In this document: positions 54,808 to 64,000 of the stretch, one piece after another
Layout of the letters: each line of letters begins with the position of its first letter
How positions within the stretch are numbered: the stretch's first letter is position 1
Assembly: GCA_951406725.2 (NCBI GenBank)
Contig: OX597829.1
Coordinates: 27,962,001-28,026,000, forward strand
Source of the DNA: Octopus vulgaris
Lineage: Eukaryota
Reading direction: 5' to 3'
DNA length: 64,000 nucleotides
The notes under the pieces: generated by a model
What the model was told of the DNA's origin: nothing
Database searches by the model: none
The model's input: only the letters and a program-made list of their open reading frames with translations
Program-made: the position numbers and the translations under genes

Positions 54808-55342
54808 CGTATATGTATATATATGTATGTGTGGAGGCGCAATGTCCCAGTGGTTAGGGCACCGGACTTGTGGTTGTGGGATCACAGTTTTGATTCCCAG
54901 ACCGGGCATTGTGAGCGTTTATTGAGCGAAAACACCCAAACCTCCACAAGGCTTCAGCAGGGGATGGTGGCATACTCTTTCGCCACAACTTTCTCTCACT
55001 CTTTCTTCTGTTGGCCTGCTCGCTTAGCCAGTGGGGTGGCATCATTTGAAGGCTAAAACAATGTGAAGCGCATTGTGACCAGCGATGTGTAGCAACATCT
55101 GATAGCCTGGTCGGTCACGGTGATCACGGTGATATATGTATGTATGTATATATTTGTGTTTGTATGTCTGTATTTGTCCCCACCACCATCACTTGGCAGC
55201 CGATGCTGGTGTGTTTAGGTCCCCCCAACTTAGAGGTTTGGCAAAAGAGACCAATAGAATAAGAATAATTCCTGGGGTCAATTTCTTCCATTAAAACTCT
55301 TTAAGGTGGTGCTGCAGCATGTCCATGGTCAAATGATTGAAA
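54607..55342 (+). mobile_element. SINE B with a second SINE nested in its internal (TA)n
   Basis: Head at 54607-54767 and tail at 55150-55342. Confidence 0.8.
54832..55132 (+). mobile_element. tRNA-derived SINE (head D)
   Basis: The GGAGGCGCAATGTCCCAGTGGTTAGGG..GTTTATTGAGCGAAAACACC head is shared with 61075-61497. Confidence 0.75.
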
Positions 55343-55362
55343 CAAGTAAAAGAATAAAAGAA

Positions 55363-55394
<32 letters not shown>

Positions 55395-55398
<4 letters not shown>

Positions 55399-56250
55399 TG
55401 CGGTGAATAAATCGTTAAATTACACTAGAATGAAAATAACTCTGACATCTCGTTTTAACAGATATATTTACCAAAATTACATAAAAATAATCTTGAAATA
55501 CTAAACAGTAATATTATTCAATAAAATTGCCATTGGATTCAACCATGGCCTCCAGATGACTTTGGAATCTCCTGTAACTCTTCTGGACAGTCTCCTTGTT
55601 TAAGTTGGTGAATGCTGCCATAATCCTTGCCTTCAGTTCATCATCGGCATTACAAGGAATTTTGTTGGTCTCTTGTGCCTCACACATGATAATCAAGAGG
55701 GTTGCAGCCTGGAGAGTTAGGTGGCCAGATGTTAGGGGGTATGTGGTTTCAGAAATTGTCTGACAGCCATGACTAGGTTCTCCTGCTTGTGTGGCATGGT
55801 GCAAAGTCCTGTTGTTAGACATAGGGTCTTCCAGCGGCCACCATCTCTAGCCAGGGCAGCACCTGATGTAGGTCTCCATGTTGAGTCTGAGGCTGTATGG
55901 GAAGATGAACAGCGACATAAGATCACCATCACTAGTAATCACTCCAAACACCATGCTGTTGACTGGATTTTGATTTTCATCATTCTCGGTACATGTCCTT
56001 AGACTGACACCTAAACACTTTGAAATGTTCATATTGGAGCTTCTGGCATGAATGCCAAGCAGTACAACATATAGATTAGCAGTATGCAAATTTCTGGCAG
56101 GGTGAATTGTGTCATGGTGCTGTTTTTCTCACAGATGGTGCCCAACTGACCCTACCATGCTGGTTAGTCAACAAAATCAAAAACAAGCAATGCGCATGCA
56201 CGAAATTAAAAAATGTAACATGACAACAATTTACCCATCAAATCCTGTAT
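55395..56250 (-). mobile_element. Decayed Tc1/mariner element
   Basis: MVFGVITSDG, WPPNSP-like motif and DELKARIMAAF..RFQSHLEAMVESNGNFIE C-terminus. Confidence 0.8.
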
Positions 56251-56259
56251 ATATATATA

Positions 56260-56654
56260 TACTCTTTTCTCTCTCTTTTACTTGTTTCAGTCATTTGACT
56301 GCGGCCATGCTGGAGCACCGCCTTTAATCGAGCAACTTGACCCCAGGACTTATTCTTTTGTAAGCCCAGTACTTATTCTATCAGTCTCTTTTGCTGAACC
56401 GCTAAGTAACGGGGACATAAACACACCAGCATCAGTTGTCAAGTGATGCTAGGGGGTCAAACACAGACACACAAACACACACACGCATATATATACGACA
56501 GGCTTCTTTCAGTTTCCGTATACCAAATCCACTTACAAGGCTTTGGTAAGCCTGAGGCTATAGTAGAAGACACTTGCCCAAGGTGCCATGCAGTGGGACT
56601 GAACTTGGAACCATGTGGCTGGTAAACAAGCTACTTACCACACAGCCACTCCTA
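56260..56654 (-). mobile_element. SINE B
   Basis: Colinear with 47749-48154. Confidence 0.85.
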
Positions 56655-57354
56655 TTATTTCCCTTTCCTTTCATTTTCTGCACTCACCAAATCACATAAT
56701 AGGCTTCTTACAGTTTTCACACACACAAACACACACATACATATGGATATATAGATATGTAGAGAGAAATATAAAATGTTTCTTATAAGGTAAGAAATTG
56801 GATTATTTTCTATGTAGTGCTCACTCAAGCTGAGCTCTTGGCTATCTACTATCAAGGAAGATCAAAATTCTGCTGGTATAGAAAATCCAGGTACAACACC
56901 AGTAAATTCAGTGTATAGATCTAGCAAAGAGTAATATGTAATCAAAATAAGAAGACAAAGAGAGAGTTTAGTACTTCATTAATTACCAGTTACAACTGTT
57001 TCAGTACTTCTCTGCTTTTTAACACCATTGCATGCAAAATTTCTTGAGGAAATTTGTGTAAGATTTGCAGTTTTATACATCAGAGTGGTGTTTCATCAGT
57101 AGGTGTATCAAAAGGTGCATTCTTATATTGTGTCAAGTTTGACAGTCACACTACATAAGAGTGCAATTTTACTATTGAATTATATATATATATATGACGG
57201 GCTTCTTTCAGTTTCCATTTGCCAAATCCAACTCTTTGGTCAGCCTGAGGCTATAGTCGAAGACACTTGCCCAATGTGCAACACACACAGTGGGACTGAA
57301 CCTGGAACCATGTGATTGAGAAGTAAGCTTCTTACCACACAGCCACCCCTATAT

Positions 57355-57526
57355 ATATATTGTATAAAAGATTGTGGGTAAGGCCAAAACAATGCAAAGT
57401 AAATGCAAGGTAAATCACAAGAAAACAAATATATATTTGCTTAAATATATATTTGTTTTCTTGTGATTTACCTTGCATTTACTTCACATTGTTTTGGCTT
57501 TATCTACAATCCTTTATGCAATATAT
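57355..57526. repeat. 172-bp foldback palindrome with a 4-nt loop
   Basis: 84-bp arms, the inner 42 bp perfect, around the loop GCTT at 57439-57442. Confidence 0.92.
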
Positions 57527-57565
57527 TCTACACTACGCTTCATAATAATTATATATATATATACA

Positions 57566-58100
57566 TCTATTATATAAAATCGTTCTGTTTGTCTGTCTGT
57601 GTGTCTTCTAGGATCTCAGGCATCCTCCATCCGATTGTGCTCAAATTTGATATATAGATACCGATGGTATCAGGGTGTGTAGAAGTCTTGAAAAAATTAC
57701 AAAAATCGATTCCAGGTGAGAATGTAATCGATATAGCCATGGGGATGTGCATTTGTACGTGCAAGTACATCAGCTGTTGTGATCGATACTACGCGTACAT
57801 GAGAAAAATGCCAGTGCAGTTTGCGCAAAAAGAGCCAGCTGGCTTGAAATAAAGCCACAAAATGCAGTATATTTAAGACCCAAAAATTAAGATGCAAAAG
57901 AGATATTTTCTTCAAACTTGGCATGAAGGAAGGAAAGACTATTTAGTTTCTTGAGAAGTTTTTTTTTTGGCTGAACTTCGTTTTACAAAACCAAAAATTT
58001 TATTGAAATAAAAGCATGCTTAATTATTTTTTAATGAAAAGAAAACACTGATTGCTTTTTATTCAGCAGATATGATTCAGCACTGTCCATTGGAGGTGGG
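57566..58100 (+). mobile_element. Helitron-like 5' portion (3' end not seen)
   Basis: A|TCTATTATATAAAA followed by (TCTG)n, typical of a non-autonomous Helitron start. Confidence 0.5.
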
Positions 58101-58397
58101 GTGGGGGGCGTTTTGCTTGTATATATATATATATATATTTGTGTATGTATGCATATATGTATTGTGTACTTGCTGTCTACTTACCTTGATATCATGTGAT
58201 AGTTGTAAATATGTATTACCATCATGCAAGCAATATCTTTCACTTACAATCTTCCATAAAAACATATCATGGGGAACAAGTGAGGGTTGGTGACAGGAAT
58301 GGTATTTGGTTGTAGAAAATATGCCTCAAATACTCCATCAGCAACCTCTGCAAGCATGGAAATATGGACATTAAAAGAATAATGACATCCTGTAGAG

Positions 58398-58728
58398 CAG
58401 GGCTGGCCAACCTGAGGCCCATGGGCTGCATGCGACCCACAGACTTTTATCTTGCAGCCCGCTTGATACTTTCTTGAAATGGGTTTATTTAAACAAACAT
58501 GTAAAAAATTTTATCAAAAATTAAAGATTTTAATGAAAAGTAAAAAAAAAAGATACTCTTGTTTTTGCAATGATAATATTTCATGTAGAATCAACGGTCA
58601 TTCATTCATTATTGTAATAATAGCATGAGAGAGCAAAATGCTTTCAATTCTGTCAGTATACAAGGTGGCCCTAAAAATCTTTCTGGGATTAAAGTGGCCT
58701 GTAATGTAATTTGAGTTGGCCAGGCCTG
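58398..58728. mobile_element. hAT (Charlie-like) MITE (331 bp)
   Basis: TIRs CAGGGCTGGCCAAC / GTTGGCCAGGCCTG; 8-bp TSD CTGTAGAG/CTGTAGAA. Confidence 0.82.
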
Positions 58729-58793
58729 CTGTAGAACATACTCACTTTACTGCAATTTGTACATCATTCACATTTAAATGCTTGCATTTTGCA

Positions 58794-59060
58794 TAAATAA
58801 TAAATAAATAAATGTGCCCTTTTAAAGCCTATCCAGGCTCATGGGTCCAGTTTCCCGGTTTCTATGGCGTATGTGTTCCCCAGCTGGTCGGGATGCCAGT
58901 CCATTGCAGCGTTACTCATTTTTGCCAGCTGAGTGGACTGGAGCAACGTGAAATGAAGTGTTTTGTTCAAGAACACAACGCGTCGCCCGGTCCAGGAATC
59001 GAAACCACAATCTTATGATCATGATGCTGACACCCTAACCACTAAACCACGTGCCTCCAC
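58794..59060 (-). mobile_element. tRNA-derived SINE (head A-like, tail 3, (TTTA)n end)
   Basis: The minus strand reads TGGTTTAGTGG..TTCGATTCC..GTTGTGTTCTTGAACAAAACACTT..GTTGCTCCAGTCCACTCAGCTG. Confidence 0.8.
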
Positions 59061-59069
59061 TTTGCATAA

Positions 59070-59167
<98 letters not shown>

Positions 59168-59803
59168 CCACAACTTCACCTGTATTAACCATCCACTGCA
59201 TTCACTTCTATCGTTATCAGCTATGTGTCACTCTCCTCTTGTGAACTTAACCTCCTTTCCAATCTCCTGTTTCTATTCTCCCTTATATGCCGCTCTTCTT
59301 GCACAAACATCTGACCATCAGAATCTTTTCTCTCTTTCCTTCTGGAGTAGCCATGTTATCACCTCTACACCAAGATATCCGTTCCTGTCCCTCTATCATG
59401 CTTTAGCCTCTCACCACTTGGCACAAAGTCATCCCCCTCAATACCACTCCTCCTCTCAGTTGAGGGATCTTGTCTTGCAAGTTGGTAAGCTCACTAGTGC
59501 AGTGCCGGTGCTACAAGAAAAAAAGAAAAAAAAAAGAAAAAAAGAGAAAAAAGGCACCCACCCAGGACACTCTGCACAGTGGCTGGTGTTAGGAAGGGTG
59601 TCCAGCCATGGAAGCAAGCAGGTACTGGGTCTCGATGCAGTCCTCTAGCTTGTCAGATCTGTCCAAACCATGGCAGTAGGAAAAATGTGGAAGTTAAACA
59701 ATGATGACAATAATGATGATGATGATGATGACGGTGATGATGAGGATGTGGATGATGCATACATTTACATATATACATACAAAGACACACACAAACACAA
59801 ACA

Positions 59804-59858
<55 letters not shown>

Positions 59859-60074
59859 ATATGTTTATGTAGGTCAACACTTACGTATTACAAGATGTTT
59901 CATATGGCAATTAGCACATTAGCACACCTGTTCCAGATTCCTCAGATTATAAAATTCAAGTTACATTATTTAATCTGGAAAATTTGGACACAGCTGTGCA
60001 GATTTTTCCAATGAAACATCTCCACAAAGTTGCAGACAACAATCAAAATAAATTTACCACACGCTACCACCATT

Positions 60075-60500
60075 ATCATCACCATCATCATTTAACGTTC
60101 ATTTTCCATGCTGGCATTGTTTGGATGGTTTGACAAGAGCTGATCAGCTGAAGAGCTGCCCAGGCTCCATGTTTAATTTGGCGTGGGTTCTATGGCTGGA
60201 TACCCTTCCTACTGCCAGCCACTTTACAGAGTGTACTGGGTGCTGTTACGCAGCACTGACATGGGTGCATTTATGTGGAACCAGCATGGGTGCTTTTTAC
60301 GTGGCACAAGTATGGGTGCTTTTTATGTGGCACCAGTACAGGTGCTTTTTACGTGGCAGCAGCACCCATGAGCCTGCAAGATTAGGAATACTCTGCTGGG
60401 GAGGGCTGCAAGGGTCAAGCCTATATGCAAGGACAACCATGTTTTTACTTGGCTTGGCATGTTTTCCCAAGGACTGCAAACTGCCAGGAGTCTCGGTCAT
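60075..60500 (-). mobile_element. Diverged RTE-type 3' UTR
   Basis: CATCATTTAACGTTCATTTTCCATGCTGGCAT tail and internal GGTGCTTTTTACGTGGCAC repeats. Confidence 0.65.
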
Positions 60501-60765
60501 ATTCTTTTATTCATTTATAAGCTTTGGTTGAAAGGCTGTGGCCATGCTGGAGCACTGCTGGTTACGAAATTAAAAAAAATGTTCAGTTTATGACGAAGTT
60601 AGTCCACTGTTGTAAATATGGTGTGAAATATGGTGCAATATGGACTTAGTAGGTAAAGTTTTAAGGATACATGTATTATACAAAACTGAGTGTGAAAGGG
60701 AACTGGAGAAAAAAAAAACATGAAACAGTATGTGAGGGGATGTCTCCTGCTCTTTTATACACACA

Positions 60766-60976
60766 TGAGGGGATGCTGAAAAGTTTCTGGCTTTGGGTAA
60801 AAAGAAAGTATAGGAGAATCAGTTAATTATGATTTTATTCAACGTATTCCCCTCTCAGATTCACACAAATTGGTCCTTCAGTTTTTCTAAGCCCTGTAAA
60901 AGAACTCAGAATGTTGGGCCTCCAATCACACCATTCATGACACCCTTAAAGCCAGGAACTTTTCAGTAACCCCTCA
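60766..60976. mobile_element. Mariner-type MITE (211 bp)
   Basis: ~29-bp imperfect TIRs TGAGGGGATGCTGAAAAGTTTCTGGCTTT / AAAGCCAGGAACTTTTCAGTAACCCCTCA, with TA on the right. Confidence 0.75.
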
Positions 60977-61074
60977 TACATCAATAAGCATAGAAAGAAT
61001 GTATTTATGTCCTTTCTGAATTCAACATCTTTCTATCATGTAAGGTGGTGAGCTGGCCTGGCAGCTACCTCCCA

Positions 61075-61497
61075 GTCCGAATACAGTGGATTTCGTCTGG
61101 AGAGAAATGGATGGAAGCACTCCGTTGGTTACGACGATGAGGGTTCCAGTTGATCCGAATCAACGGAACAGCCTGCTTGTGAAATTAACGTGTAAGTGGC
61201 TGAGCACTCCACAGACACATGCACCCTTAACGTAGTTCTCGGGGATATTCAGCGTGACACAGAGAGTGACAAGGCTGGCCCCTTGAAATACAGGTACAAC
61301 AGAAACAGGAAGTAAGAGTGAGAGAAAGTTGTGGTGAAAGAGTACAGCAGGGATCACCACCATCCCCTGCCGGAGCCTCGTGGAGCTTTTAGGTGTTTTC
61401 GCTCAATAAACACTCACAACGCCCAGTCTGGCAATTGAAACCGCGATCCTATGACCGCAAGTCCGCTTCCCTAACCACTGGGCCATTGCACCTCCAC
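61075..61497 (-). mobile_element. tRNA-derived SINE (head D, tail 2)
   Basis: The head matches 54832 and the body matches 47510-47680. Confidence 0.8.
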
Positions 61498-62199
61498 TTG
61501 GAGAGAAATACAGAGTGAGAAAGAAAAAAAAAATGAAACAGAGAAAATGAGACAGAAAAAGTGAGACAGAAAACATGATAGAGAAAGTGAGACAGAAAAA
61601 GTGAGAGAGAAAGTGAGACAGATAAATGGAGAAAAGTATTAACTCTTAGTATTGACTGTTTGAAAGGGTGAAATGAAAAGTTGATCTCAACAAAAATTGA
61701 ACTCAGTAAGCGGAAACCCAGACAGAATACCACACAGCATACTATCACATAGTCTGATGACTGCCAAAACACTGTCATAATTTTGTCATAGGTGTATAAT
61801 TGTCTTTATTGCTTATCTTTTACTTGTTTCAATTATTGGACAGCAGCTATACTGTGAGCAATGGCTTAGGGTAGTCATTCGAATCTGTTGTCAAGCATTG
61901 GTGGGAGACAAATACAAAGTCATGCACGCATAAACACATAAATACATGTGTCTGTGTGTGTGTGCGTGTGTGTGTGTGCACGTGCACATGCGTGTTTGTG
62001 TGTGTATTTGTGTATGTGTGTGTGTGTGTGTTTGTGTGTATGTGTGTGTGTGTGCATGCATGTATTTGTTCTTCCCTCACCATTTGACAATACAGATTGA
62101 TGTGTTTATGTCCCTGTAACTTAGCAGTTCAGCAAAAGAGACCAATAGAATAAGTACCAAACTTTAAAATAAGTACTGGGTTTAACAAGTGCATGATAA

Positions 62200-62560
62200 A
62201 GAATGTGGCTTACAAATGTGAGGTGAAGGTGGATACACAGAAAGATGTGTACATTGGTGGTACCAGAGACCCATGTAAAATCATCTGCAGAGCCATCCTT
62301 TTCCAATGTAAACAGAAGGCACTCCACATCACTATCTAACCTCATCTGGAAGCTCAAACAGAATGGAGTGAAGCATACAACTCACTGGTTTATTATAAAT
62401 AAAATGCTGCACCATAAGATAAAACATTGAGAGTGTGCAACTTATGTCTAGAAGAAACCCTGGCGATCATCACATCCAGAAAAAACATAATTAATAGACA
62501 CCCTGAAGTTATTATATCATGTAAGCATGAATGTAAGGCATTATTCCTAGAATTTGAAAA
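62200..62560 (+). pseudogene. Penelope-like GIY-YIG endonuclease remnant
   Basis: VYIGGT..SF..HSTSLSNLIWKLKQ..W.II..CNLCLEE..IINR..SCKH across frames. Confidence 0.6.
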
Positions 62561-62679
62561 AAGCATTTTGAAACAGAAAAGCACTAACCATCTTTAGCAA
62601 GAGAAGAACATAAACAACTGAACAAAATAGTTACTATTTTCATATGCCATATGCTATACCATTATACCACCAAAAATAA

Positions 62680-62908
62680 TTAACCCTTTCATTACTGTAT
62701 TTATTTTGAGATTCTCTGTGTTTCTTTCAATTACTTTAAATATAGCAAAGAATTTAGTAAAATAACTTAGTTATCATTAAGCTAGCGTTAGGAACATAAA
62801 TTGTGACTAAGGTTTGGTGGAAGATTTTAATTCAAAACTTACGGAAACAAGACATTTGTACTACAGAGCCAGAGGCGGTTTTGGCCGGGTTGGTATCAAA
62901 AGCGTTAA
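62680..62908. mobile_element. TTAA-flanked (piggyBac-like) MITE
   Basis: TTAA-CCCTTT...AAAGCG-TTAA; a second copy lies at 14-222. Confidence 0.7.
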
Positions 62909-63434
62909 TAGGACATTTTAAGAAAATATCATTTGTCAACTAAAACAATGAATCCCAACAACTGAGTGGTTGTAGTGGCTGTACATGCTGACCCAACTAA
63001 CATTGGATTCCTTGAAGAGAGGCCTGCAGCGAATGAAATCAAACCAAAGAACATACTACCCATTCTGACATCTGCATACTCAAATATCAAAATAAATCCA
63101 ACATCACTACACACACCTCCATCTCCTTATAATTACCATCCTTTCCTCTCTTCCCATCACCTTCCACTCCTCCCCATCAAATACACACAGAAATGCCCAC
63201 ATACCCATATCAACCACTTCATTGGTCAAAATTAATAAACAACCATCAGTTAAACATTCCTTAATGCTATATCACCCGAAGAAATGAATACACGATCATG
63301 ATCTACCCGATGCCCATGGATACTACATGGTGTATTGTAATTATCCCAGAAATATGGACTATGATCTTAAGACACATGATTTAAGAAAAAGCGTGTAGTG
63401 ATGCATTAAAATAGTAATAAATTCCATCCTAGGA

Positions 63435-63784
63435 TTATTACCTCCACCTTAGTGGAGGTATTGTTTTCAGTCACATTTGTTTGTTTGTTTGTTTGTCCAT
63501 GGACAAGATATCTCAAGAACCTCCAAATGGATCTGGATGAAACTTTCAGAGATGTTTGGCCTCATGACTGGCATGAACTGATTAGATTTTGGGATTAATC
63601 TGGTACCAGACAAGGGTTCTGGATTATTTTTCCTGTTTTTTTTACTTAATTTTTGAGAGTAGTCGCGTTCATTTTTAGTATTCTCGTTTGTGAGTGCAAT
63701 TGAGTTTATTTCAGATATTCTCATTTTAAAAATCGACGTTGGTGTTGCCTTGGTGGAGGTTTGCACTCTCTGAGTGCTCTTGTT
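63435..63784 (+). mobile_element. Helentron-associated (HINE/DINE-like) element
   Basis: Sub-terminal IRs ACCTCCACC / GGTGGAGGT, (TTTG)n and a 3' hairpin GCACTC-TCT-GAGTGC followed by a T-rich end. Confidence 0.65.
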
Positions 63785-64000
63785 ATTATTATCACTATAC
63801 ATACATACGCATGCATGCACGCATACATACATACATACATACATATACATACATACATACATGCATGCATGCATACATACATACATACATACTACACATA
63901 CATATATACATACACACACATACATACATACATACATACATGCATGCATGCATACATACATACACACACACATACATACACACATGCATGCACACATGCA

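Overview
Non-genic, repeat-saturated animal DNA. The repeat vocabulary (very long TA/TG microsatellites, tRNA-headed SINEs, RTE and CR1-group LINEs) points to an octopus or other coleoid cephalopod; this is an inference from recalled repeat families, not from a search. No intact host gene is recognisable, and the very long Y/I/M/C/V/H/T ORFs are microsatellite artefacts. The first ~19 kb is a TA/TG array carrying eight co-oriented LINE insertions and a composite Helitron. A near full-length, frameshifted CR1-group LINE (18.9-24.2 kb) has an unusual ORF1 with a Myb/SANT-like domain and a CCCH finger. The best candidate for a novel system is 30981-33898: about 4.9 near-identical non-coding 593-bp units, each with an intact type I hammerhead ribozyme. 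The array sits in a (TA)n tract and has an inversion geometry that fits twin-primed reverse transcription of a multimeric or circular RNA (retrozyme/Penelope-like). Other highlights are a covarying 3' hairpin shared by the LINE and a SINE, two further minimal hammerhead-like motifs, head/tail-swapped SINEs and a 172-bp foldback. All coordinates and alignments were read by eye.
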